Translations under genes and position numbers: made by a program
Notes under the pieces: generated by a model
Database searches by the model: none
What the model was told of the DNA's origin: nothing
The model's input: only the letters and a program-made list of their open reading frames with translations
Origin: Clostridia bacterium
Lineage (GTDB): Bacteria; Bacillota; Clostridia; Christensenellales; CAG-138
NCBI GenBank assembly: GCA_017524445.1
Contig: JAFXVP010000072.1
Span: 15,183-79,182, forward strand
DNA length: 64,000 bases
Direction: 5' to 3'
In this document: one piece after another, positions 50,501-58,602 of the stretch
How positions within the stretch are numbered: the stretch's first letter is position 1
Layout of the letters: every line of letters begins with the position of its first letter

Positions 50501-53500
50501 AACCTCTGTATTCTCGTCGATATCGTTGCTGCCGGTGGAGACCCACGCGACCAGCACGTTGCCGTCCTTCGTTTCCGCGATGGAGGGCTGGAAGTCCGCC
50601 GTATCGTCCACGGAGACCGGGACCGGGTTGCTCCAGACGCCGTTCTTGTAGGTCGCGAGCTTCAGCGTGGTGCGCTGATATTCGCCCTTCGCGTTGTCGC
50701 TGTCGATGAACGCAAGTACGACGGTGCCGTCATCCAGGGTAATGAGCTGCGAATCCGCGCGTTCATACGCGTTCTCCGCAAGGATCTGCGTGGAGCCCGG
50801 CGCGAACGCGTAGCGCGTCGCGTTCTTTCCGCCGACCCAGGTGGAATCCGTTCCGCTTCCCTGACGGAGGCGGAAGCCCTGCGACGAGGTCGACTTCCTC
50901 ATGCCCGGCTCCTGATTGCCGGCCACATCGTCCGGATTATTCACATAGTGCTTGAAGAATCCGAACGGCTTGCCGGCAAGCTCTACCACGACCGGAACCG
51001 AGAACAGGAACAGGTCGACGATGATGCCCGCCGAGACGCTGAGGTACAGACCGAACGCACCATGCTTGTTGTTCGGTTCCCAGGCGCCTAAGACGTTGCC
51101 TCTTGCCACCCCGCGGATGCCGATGATGTCGCAAAGTCCTATGCCGAGGCAGAACTGGACATAACCCTGCACGCGGAGGCCGCCGTCGAAGCGGGTCCCC
51201 GAATTTGCATAGTCGACCTGTGACTGCTGCGCCTCGTCCATCGAAACGGACGTCTCCAGATCGCAGGCGCCGCCGATGAACGCCATGAGGTAGGCGTTGA
51301 TCTCGATGCCGAAATACCCCGGCACGAATATGACCGGGATCATGGTGTAAAACGCCACCTTGAACCCGCCGTTCACGCAGAAATATGCGCCCAGACCGGC
51401 GAATTTCAGCACCGTCTTTTCGATGCCGTTCGCGTAGATCGTGAAGTAATGGAAGTTGAAGTACGCGCCGATCATGACGTCAAATCTCCACTGCGGACTG
51501 CCGAAGCTCGCAAGGGACGTCTTTTGATTCCAGATATTCTTCATTATTGAGGCAGTTTTATGCAGCTCGCCGACCTGGTTCCAGGATTGCTTGAGACCTG
51601 CCCAGAACGTGCCGAACGGATTGTCCATGGAGAAGGTGCTCTTCCAGTAAACTTCCGATCCGTCTTCGCCCGGCACGTCCGAGTGGAAGGAACTGATATG
51701 CGTTCCCTTGACCGCGTCATAGATCTGCATAGCCGACACGCCGATATACAGGCGGTAGCCCTGCGGGATGCGCATGCAGCCGACCGTTACGAACGGGAAC
51801 GGAAGCGCCATGCCCGTGCTGCCGATCAGCGGCAGCTCCGGATAGGATATCGTCACCGGGCTCGTGAAGGTCTGCTTCGGCGGGATCTCCATGGCGAGCG
51901 GGTTGTAGAAGTTGATGCCGGTATAGACGTCGGAATACTGGTAGCTGTCCGCGAAGTTTCCGATGACCGGGTCGATCTCGCCGATCGCCGTGATCTTGTT
52001 CGTGACGCTGCCGGCGTTGACGTCCGCCTGCGTGACGTAATACCAGTACTTGACCGTGACGGATTCGTCGAGATCCAGAACCGACAGATCGGGCGAGGTG
52101 ACCTGCTCCAGATCGGTCAGCGACTGGTTGATCCTGATGTTGCCGAGACGAACGCCGCCGGTATTCGTGATCCTGATCGTATAGGTGATCACGTCTCCAA
52201 CCGAAAGGCCCTCTGTCGGATCCGCCGTCGCTTCGACCGTCAGCTCGGGTTTCGGTTCTTCCGCTTCGCGCGTATTCGGATCGACGACGGAACCGTTTGC
52301 GCCCGTTGTGACGATGACTGTCGCTTCGTTGGAGGTGACCGTCTCGGGCTCCGGCAGCAGTTCGACCGCTTCCTGCAGATCGGTCAGAAGCGCGTCCGCC
52401 GCGGACATACGGTTGGTGACGACTCGGATATACAGCTTGTCGCCGGGGTCGACCGAGAATCCGCCCTCCGTTTCGGGCTCGGGCTCGTCCGGATCAGGTT
52501 CAGGCGCGTCCGGATCGATCTCGATCGGAGCGGCGATTTCGAATTCGACCGTGGACCGGAAGATGTATACGCCTCTCGACTCATCGTATTCATCGGGTTT
52601 GACAAGCTCGTATTCACCCTTGTAGACGTCGTTCGCGTCGTAAACCACGAGCTGGATCCCGAGAGGCGCCTCGACCTTTCTCGTTTCGAGAACGCCCCTC
52701 GGCGTGGTCAGGGAGACTGCATACGGACGCGGACTGATCTCGATCGTCATCTGCGCATTCTTGCCCATCGGAAGGATCGGAATGAACTTTCCGTCGGCAA
52801 TCTCGTACGCCGGATCGCTCATCACGCCGGTGATCTGGATCCCCTTGAAGATGTTTGCCGTGACCGGGCTGACGCCGTTCGGGAAATTCGCCGAGATGTC
52901 GATCGCGGCGTCATTTTCTCCCGTCGGCATGGGGACCTCGTAGAGCATGGCGGTGCCGTTGACGGAAACGAGGTAGCGCAGATATTTGTTCTCCCCGCCC
53001 GTGCCCGGGACCGGTCCCGCGGTCACTTTACCGTTCTGGTCCGCCGTGCCGCCCGCGGAGCCCGCGGTGATCACCGCGCCGACCGCCGGACGGTTCGACA
53101 TGCTGCCCGCGCCTCTGTCCTTCAGGTTGTAATCCATGTACCGGAAGGTACCCGTCAGCGTAACGGAGCCGTGCTGCGGCGCCGCCGTCAGGTCGATGAT
53201 GTTCCGGTCGGGCAGCGTGCCGGGCTTGAAGTACAGCGTGTTCTGCGTGTACGTGCGGGCGACGTTGCGGTCCGTCCAGACCGCGACCCAGCCCTTTTGC
53301 GGATTCACGGTGATCGGATAAAGCTTGCCCGCGACCGTCTTGTCCTCGCTGGCAAAGGTGTAGTAGGTGTAGCCCGCTTCAACGGTCGTATCGCCCGCCC
53401 GCTTGAGCAGACCGGCGGAAAGGCTGGTCGTATCGAATTTTGCAAGATCGGAGGTCTTGACGCGGACCGTGATCTTGTTGTCCTTTTTCTGGATATTCGG

Positions 53501-56338
53501 CTCAACCACGACCTCCACCGCGCAGAGCCGCTTCGTATTCGGTTCGCCTGCGATGTAGATCGGCTGGTCGTCCCAGAACACCCGCGGATCGGCTTCGTAA
53601 TCCGCTTCGGCGCCGCTGACCTTATAATACTGGTTAGCGCCGACGACCTTATTGAAATTGTTCGCGTCGGGATCCAGGATCTCGATGGAAGTCAGCGCAA
53701 GCTTGTCGCCCTTATGGAAGCTGACGTCTCCCGCCTTGATCTCAACGGTCTGTCCCGCCGGAACCGTATATTCCATCGTGCTGATGGTGAACTTCACGTC
53801 GTAGCTGTACGGATTCCGCAGAGTGATCTTTGAATCGATGTAGTCGAACGCCGGCTTGATGTACAGCTTGCTGTAGTTTGCATAGCCGATCGTATTTGCA
53901 AGCCCTGTGTTTTCGACGATCGAATCTCTGAAATACCGATCGCGCCATCCGCCGAACATCTCATTCATCATCTCGTTCGAAAGCGTGAACGTAATGGAAT
54001 GGTTGGATGCGCTTTGGTTGCTGCCGAGCTGATAGATCGTCGTGCCGTTTTCCCGGACCCAGTTCAACTCCTTCATGTAAGCGAACTGCGTGACGTTGGA
54101 GTCGGAGACGTCCTGCACGGTGATGCTGTCGTCCGCAATGAGCAGCACGTCCTTTCCGCCGTCGACAATGGACGATTTCGTCGCCACGCCGGCATCGCCG
54201 TTCCGGGCGCCGTTCTCCTGCAGGAACAGAAGCCCGTCCGCCTGCTTCAGGTTAAACTGGAACATGCGCTTGATCGGCTGAACTCTGTAGATATACAGAT
54301 GGTTGCAGTCGTCGCAATGACCGTGGTTGTAGAAGCCGATCCACTGCGGTCTGACGCCGTCAGGTGCGAGGTCAATGATGTATTTGCTCGGGAACATGTT
54401 CAGGGTCTTCTCGCCGAAGCTCGCTTTGGAATCATAAGAAAGCTCCTTTGCACCGTCCTTCGAACTCCTGGTCATTGTTTTCATCCAATCGGTAGGCTCG
54501 TCTCCGCCCTCAAACGCGACCTTCATGTATGCGTGATCGCCCGTGCGGGCCCACGTAACCTGCGCGCCCGCGATCGCGTACGGAGAGTTCTTGCTGCCGA
54601 TCTGATAGATAACGCCTACAAGGCCCTTGCGGTCATACCAGAACGAGTTGTCGGTCCACATCAGGTCCCATGCCTGTTTCTTGCTGTCGTACTTATCGTT
54701 GCCACCGAACTTGTTATTTTCGTGGCCGTGATAATACGGCGCGTCAATTAGGACTTCGTCCATCAGCTCGGGTCTGCTGAGTTCACGCCGCACCGGCTCC
54801 GTGCCGTCCTTCGTGTCGCTGACAGTTCTCTTGTCGGAAACGCTGCCGGGGTCCGTGGTGAAAGCGTCTTCCGCTTTCTTTTCCGAATAGGTGCCCTTCA
54901 TCGTGACCGTCGCGTGATCGACGCCGATCGTGCAGCCCGCGTCCGCCTCAAGGGAAAGACCGAACGAAGCGTCGCCCTTGAAGTACTCCGTGCGAACGGG
55001 AATAGTGACCGTGAGCGTCGGAATGCCGAACGGGAAGATGAGGGTCTGATCGACCTCGGAATAGTCCCTGCCCATGACCGCATTGCCTTCGCCGGTGGTC
55101 TTTACGGTGCCGCCGACGACGGAATTGATCGCGCCGGTACGCTCGACCGTGACCACGACGCTTTCCTCGCCGGGCGTATGGACGTATTCGACCTGACTGA
55201 AGGAAAGCACGCACTCCTCGGGTTCTTCGTCGTCGAGGATCGTGAACGCGCATGCGCTTGCCGCGCTGTTCGTGGTCGTGCCGCTCGGCGCGCCGAGCAT
55301 CAGGTAGAACATCCTGTTGCCGTCGCTCCTATCGTTGTCCAGCGGAATGATCTCGATATACTTGGAGGTTTCGCCTGGCGCAAAGGTGATCTCGACGTAT
55401 GCGCCGACAACGGCGTCGGTCAGGACGTTCGCGATCTTCTGCAGATCCTGGAACAGATCCGTGCTCGCGGTCAGCCGCTGCGAAATCGCGTCCTCGCCGG
55501 TAAACAGGTTCGACGCCCGCTGCACGGGATCGAGACCGTCATCCGGTTCGCCGATCGTCACGGTTTCGGATCCGTCGGTGACGACCACGTTGGGATCGGG
55601 CTCGATCGCCGGTTCCTCTGCGGGTTCCTCCGCCGGTTCTTCTGCGGGTTCCTCCACCGGTTCCGCTGCGGGCTCTTCCGCCGGTTCCGCTGCGGGCTCT
55701 TCCGCCGGTTCTTCTGCGAGCTCTTCCGCGGGTTCCTCCGCGGGCTTCTCCGCATCCTCGCCGTACAGTTCCTCTACCGCTTCGGCATAGGGGTTTTCGT
55801 CGCCGTACTTTTCGGAAAGGCCGCTCTGTTCCTCCAGGAACTCCAGCGCTTCTTCAGTGCTCTCCTGAAGAGCCGCCAGCGCTTCGGGATCGTTCATGAT
55901 CTCCTCGATCGCCGCTTCGTAATCCTCTAGCGGCATCTGGCCGTACTCGGAATCCTCCATCATCTCCGCCAGGGACATGTTGTAATCCGGGTTTACGACC
56001 TCCTCCTCGGTGCCGCGTACACGAACGATATAGTCCTCGCCGTATTTCGCCGTCATGTCGGAGATCCTGACGAGCGCAGTGGATTCGCTTTCCGCACTTC
56101 CGCCGCGTCCGATGCGCAGCAGATAGATCGCGTTGGCGTTTTCTTCGATCTCAACCGCCGGTGCGGTCAGATAGAAGACGTCGTGCATAAGGACGTCTTC
56201 CCCGAGCTCGATCTCGGGGATGAAAACATCCTGCCGCTCGTCCTTCACGGCGTCCGCGATCGCTTTCATCGGCAAAATGCCGATCAGCATCAGCAGTGCG
56301 ATCGCCACGCTCAGGACTTTGGTCCATTTGTGTGTCAT
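47513..56338 (-). CDS. Giant secreted multidomain surface protein (Calx-beta-like repeats, acidic PEEPA linker, Ig-like/CARDB-like modules, hydrophobic Gly/aromatic module, Big_2, cohesin-like and C-terminal dockerin)
   Basis: 2941 aa, RBS AAGGAGGA. Signal peptide MTHKWTKVLSVAIALLMLIGILPMKAIADA. Calx-beta-like ..GEDYIV.. and ..GRDYSEVDQTLIFPFG... Big_2-like IAQISDGKVLGIGGGTTTLYATHVATGTTVQATITV. Dockerin duplicated Ca-binding loops: GDANVDGYITAADAAIVLRSIVGL and AEVDGDGSVTAADAAAILRYVVGL. Confidence 0.8.
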   Translation of the reverse strand: MTHKWTKVLSVAIALLMLIGILPMKAIADAVKDERQDVFIPEIELGEDVLMHDVFYLTAPAVEIEENANAIYLLRIGRGGSAESESTALVRISDMTAKYGEDYIVRVRGTEEEVVNPDYNMSLAEMMEDSEYGQMPLEDYEAAIEEIMNDPEALAALQESTEEALEFLEEQSGLSEKYGDENPYAEAVEELYGEDAEKPAEEPAEELAEEPAEEPAAEPAEEPAAEPVEEPAEEPAEEPAEEPAIEPDPNVVVTDGSETVTIGEPDDGLDPVQRASNLFTGEDAISQRLTASTDLFQDLQKIANVLTDAVVGAYVEITFAPGETSKYIEIIPLDNDRSDGNRMFYLMLGAPSGTTTNSAASACAFTILDDEEPEECVLSFSQVEYVHTPGEESVVVTVERTGAINSVVGGTVKTTGEGNAVMGRDYSEVDQTLIFPFGIPTLTVTIPVRTEYFKGDASFGLSLEADAGCTIGVDHATVTMKGTYSEKKAEDAFTTDPGSVSDKRTVSDTKDGTEPVRRELSRPELMDEVLIDAPYYHGHENNKFGGNDKYDSKKQAWDLMWTDNSFWYDRKGLVGVIYQIGSKNSPYAIAGAQVTWARTGDHAYMKVAFEGGDEPTDWMKTMTRSSKDGAKELSYDSKASFGEKTLNMFPSKYIIDLAPDGVRPQWIGFYNHGHCDDCNHLYIYRVQPIKRMFQFNLKQADGLLFLQENGARNGDAGVATKSSIVDGGKDVLLIADDSITVQDVSDSNVTQFAYMKELNWVRENGTTIYQLGSNQSASNHSITFTLSNEMMNEMFGGWRDRYFRDSIVENTGLANTIGYANYSKLYIKPAFDYIDSKITLRNPYSYDVKFTISTMEYTVPAGQTVEIKAGDVSFHKGDKLALTSIEILDPDANNFNKVVGANQYYKVSGAEADYEADPRVFWDDQPIYIAGEPNTKRLCAVEVVVEPNIQKKDNKITVRVKTSDLAKFDTTSLSAGLLKRAGDTTVEAGYTYYTFASEDKTVAGKLYPITVNPQKGWVAVWTDRNVARTYTQNTLYFKPGTLPDRNIIDLTAAPQHGSVTLTGTFRYMDYNLKDRGAGSMSNRPAVGAVITAGSAGGTADQNGKVTAGPVPGTGGENKYLRYLVSVNGTAMLYEVPMPTGENDAAIDISANFPNGVSPVTANIFKGIQITGVMSDPAYEIADGKFIPILPMGKNAQMTIEISPRPYAVSLTTPRGVLETRKVEAPLGIQLVVYDANDVYKGEYELVKPDEYDESRGVYIFRSTVEFEIAAPIEIDPDAPEPDPDEPEPETEGGFSVDPGDKLYIRVVTNRMSAADALLTDLQEAVELLPEPETVTSNEATVIVTTGANGSVVDPNTREAEEPKPELTVEATADPTEGLSVGDVITYTIRITNTGGVRLGNIRINQSLTDLEQVTSPDLSVLDLDESVTVKYWYYVTQADVNAGSVTNKITAIGEIDPVIGNFADSYQYSDVYTGINFYNPLAMEIPPKQTFTSPVTISYPELPLIGSTGMALPFPFVTVGCMRIPQGYRLYIGVSAMQIYDAVKGTHISSFHSDVPGEDGSEVYWKSTFSMDNPFGTFWAGLKQSWNQVGELHKTASIMKNIWNQKTSLASFGSPQWRFDVMIGAYFNFHYFTIYANGIEKTVLKFAGLGAYFCVNGGFKVAFYTMIPVIFVPGYFGIEINAYLMAFIGGACDLETSVSMDEAQQSQVDYANSGTRFDGGLRVQGYVQFCLGIGLCDIIGIRGVARGNVLGAWEPNNKHGAFGLYLSVSAGIIVDLFLFSVPVVVELAGKPFGFFKHYVNNPDDVAGNQEPGMRKSTSSQGFRLRQGSGTDSTWVGGKNATRYAFAPGSTQILAENAYERADSQLITLDDGTVVLAFIDSDNAKGEYQRTTLKLATYKNGVWSNPVPVSVDDTADFQPSIAETKDGNVLVAWVSTGSNDIDENTEVTDYLNSMEVYAALATIGEDGSITMDEPVKITNDHRIKDGVEKGYYDCMPTVVCDKISGDAIVYYVKSGNTTMDGATLANPYVNDCRVFYMIYNAEEDVDTDGRVVPEGWLFNNFYFAEFHGNLENEQYMIENFGGQRSLAGPTYTDENGSTVAYAIPDFTAIGYNGLAVYAYTVDMDGSNDTYEDKELYLQVYNFEQHETKYRIRITDDNVADTLPQFFRSRDAQLSTEEEATHTKLFWYRDNKGVVYIDVTQLMQQGINPDGTLKIKGDGGDSTYADPIETGLRPKDGNESRQSADYRVVEDANGSLFILWTDTVVDGDPADENAAVSQEIFATSLISSGRVLTDEEADAPDADLGSTGWSKPYQLTRDGYFNDELAVTMTGENLMVVHNRFRQELVIPETDTPAEDGINYNGEVDFDPLVITEMTLAATVMEPCGAVEPEEIEIRQPNEDGEASALTLDHPIGGEDTVITVKASNNGLTTAPGYMLTLYAVDKNGTETQIGTIESTDALRPNNARIHEFAYTMPDNVEGLTFKAVTKELKEEGVYFTNTAEYVSEPLLSDPDYRIENIVTYQTNDGFRASFEITNVGNAPSDAGDMLTIDWKGPENLIMDVDEDALTLVHVPFETPIQPGETREIDVAVPVTIEMVQRYGFIDASFAVTREYVETYDDIDYTGRQFIGDIAYDCFVQTQPMNMTLEDVMVKEDETADIVFAMDLGSKFGNSAEVAYTVEDLEIAQISDGKVLGIGGGTTTLYATHVATGTTVQATITVTPKPQPEAPTAVTFAGEDVVGNDEYEIIDGEILYRYDVHVEDLPEGGSYVSSAQIFLEYDPAVLVLRKTEGAFDWTVNDQNGKLSAVWASETEQLVENGDEVLTLWFAKIGEAEKTDITFTENTLGNGSAMGFATEGTVVELTAATTDGSITFEAILYGDANVDGYITAADAAIVLRSIVGLSTITKRGALNAEVDGDGSVTAADAAAILRYVVGLINVFPVQQP

Positions 56339-56415
56339 TTTATTCCTCCTTATCCTTTATTGCCTCTTTTTCTCTATGAAAAACCCGCGTAACGGTGTTT
56401 TCCCCCATTTGATTA

Positions 56416-58593
56416 TCAGGTCAGCTGCCGACCGACCATGCCCGCGAAAAAGCCGTTCCTGTTCAGCAGCTCCTCATACGTCCCCTCTTCGACGATATTG
56501 CCGCCGTCGATCACAATGATCCGGCTGCAGTTTCTGATCGTCGAGACCCGGTGCGCGATCACGATGCGCGTGCAGTTCAAGGCGTCGAGCGCGTCGGTCA
56601 CCTTCTTCTGCGTGATGTTGTCCAGCGCGGAAGTCGCTTCGTCGAGCAGCAGCAGCTTCGGCTTTGCCGCGATCGCCCGCGCAAGCAGGATGCGCTGTTT
56701 CTGCCCGCCGGAAAGCGTGCCGGATCCTTCCGAAACGAACGTCCGCATGCCCATCGGCATCTCGCGGATGTCGTCGGCGACGCCCGCCTTCTCCGCTGCG
56801 TCCCACGCGTCTTCCATCGAAAGCCCCGGCGTCATCACGGCGATGTTGGTGTAGATATCCCCCGGGAACAGTTCGCTTTGCTGCAGCACCGTTCCGATCT
56901 TCTTATGCAGGGAGGAAAGATTCAGCTTGCTCAGGTTCTTTCCGTCGTAGAAGATCGTGCCGGTCTCCGGCTGCTCGAAGCCGAGCAGCAGCCGCATCAG
57001 CGTGGATTTTCCGCAGCCGCTCTTTCCGACGATCGCGACGTATTCTTTCGGCTTGATTTTAAGCGACAGATCCCGGAAGATGTACGGCGATTCCTTGTCA
57101 TAGCGGAAGGAAACGTGATTCAGTTCGATGCCGCCGTTAAGCTTTGTGACGATCTCCTGTTCCTGCGTCTCCTCCGGGACCGTTCTCAGGATCGGCTCGG
57201 CGATCTTCAGAAGCGGACGGGTCTCATGCGCCGAAAACGTAACGCCGTATGCGGAGGACGTCATGCCGATGATCGCGCCGAACGCCGCCGAAAACGCGAA
57301 ATAAGACGACGCATCAATGTGATTTTTGAGCGCCAGCCAATACGTCAGGATCGTGGAAAGCAGCCCGATCCCCATGACGATCGCGCTGTTGATCCGTACC
57401 AGGATCGGCGGGCGGTAGGTAAGCCCCGCCTTTTCCGCGTACAGCTTCATCCACCGCGCAAACATGCGCTTCTCCGCACCGACCAGACGGATCTTCCGGA
57501 CGCCGGTGATCGCGGAATAGCTGAAACCGGATTCCTCCGCGTCGACTTCCAGACTCTTCTCATAGAATTTCCGTCTCGTGCGCACCGTGATCAGCGATAC
57601 GACCAGCATGAGCAAAAGATAGATGATCGCAACCGGCAGCAGACCGGGCGCGTAACGCCAGATCTCGTACAGGTACAGGACCGACGTCGCCAGCGTCAGC
57701 GCAGTCATTGCGGCGAAGCTGACATACTCCTTGCTGAACCGGACGATGGCGTCCATACGCACTTTCAGTTCGCCTGCGCCGAACCGTCCGAAAAACCGGG
57801 TCGGCAGCGAAAGGAGCCGCATCATGACCGCCGCGCGCACCGCGTTTTCCGTCTTCAGCTCCTTCTTCTTGGAAAAGAGCCCTTTCGCGACGCCGAACAG
57901 GTGCGAAGCGATCAGAATGCAGAGCATCGAAACGGAGACGCCGATCAAAAGATCGGGACGTCCCGTGGAAAGCACCGCGCCCGTCATGACCTTTGTGATA
58001 TAGGGCAGCATCAGCCCGATCACCAGAATGTTGCCCTGCAGAAGGATGTTCACGATCCACTCGCTCAGCGGAATGACGCTGCGGATATAGCGGATCAGAT
58101 CCATCGGCTCGAGCGCCTTCTGCGGGAACGGTCGGAAAAAGCTCAGCGCCTTTGCCTCGAACCGCGCGGCGTTCTTCCGGTTGACCTTCACGCGCCGCTT
58201 CGTCTCCGGATCGGTAAACACGTATCCGCCGAGCTTGCCCGGAAGCAGCGCAACGGGAACGCCGCCTTCTTCGGTAAACGCAAGCATCGGTCCGAACGCG
58301 TCGCGATACCAGCTTTCCTTCAGCTCGACATCGCGGAACATAAGACTGTACGCCTGCTGACAGTACTCCGCCATCTCTTCCGTGCTGACGAAGTTCTCCG
58401 GGATATCGAGCGGTTTCATTTCAAAATGCAGCAGGATCTCGTCGATCGCGTTTTTCGCGACCGTCCGCTCGTCTTCCTGCTTGAAAACCCTGCGCGTGCC
58501 GAGCACAACGCCGGCGATCTCATCGAAAGAGTTTTCGAGGATCCGCTGGTCTGCGCTTTTCCGTTCTTTGATCTGTTCTTCAAACAAACTCAT
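56416..58593 (-). CDS. ABC transporter permease/ATPase with N-terminal regulatory-like domain (NHLM-bacteriocin-system type, non-peptidase partner)
   Basis: 725 aa. Walker A GKSGCGKST, signature LSGGQKQR, Walker B LLLLDEATSALD. The N-terminal ~150 aa precede six TM segments. Confidence 0.8.
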   Translation of the reverse strand: MSLFEEQIKERKSADQRILENSFDEIAGVVLGTRRVFKQEDERTVAKNAIDEILLHFEMKPLDIPENFVSTEEMAEYCQQAYSLMFRDVELKESWYRDAFGPMLAFTEEGGVPVALLPGKLGGYVFTDPETKRRVKVNRKNAARFEAKALSFFRPFPQKALEPMDLIRYIRSVIPLSEWIVNILLQGNILVIGLMLPYITKVMTGAVLSTGRPDLLIGVSVSMLCILIASHLFGVAKGLFSKKKELKTENAVRAAVMMRLLSLPTRFFGRFGAGELKVRMDAIVRFSKEYVSFAAMTALTLATSVLYLYEIWRYAPGLLPVAIIYLLLMLVVSLITVRTRRKFYEKSLEVDAEESGFSYSAITGVRKIRLVGAEKRMFARWMKLYAEKAGLTYRPPILVRINSAIVMGIGLLSTILTYWLALKNHIDASSYFAFSAAFGAIIGMTSSAYGVTFSAHETRPLLKIAEPILRTVPEETQEQEIVTKLNGGIELNHVSFRYDKESPYIFRDLSLKIKPKEYVAIVGKSGCGKSTLMRLLLGFEQPETGTIFYDGKNLSKLNLSSLHKKIGTVLQQSELFPGDIYTNIAVMTPGLSMEDAWDAAEKAGVADDIREMPMGMRTFVSEGSGTLSGGQKQRILLARAIAAKPKLLLLDEATSALDNITQKKVTDALDALNCTRIVIAHRVSTIRNCSRIIVIDGGNIVEEGTYEELLNRNGFFAGMVGRQLT

Positions 58594-58602
58594 AACGGCA
58601 CC

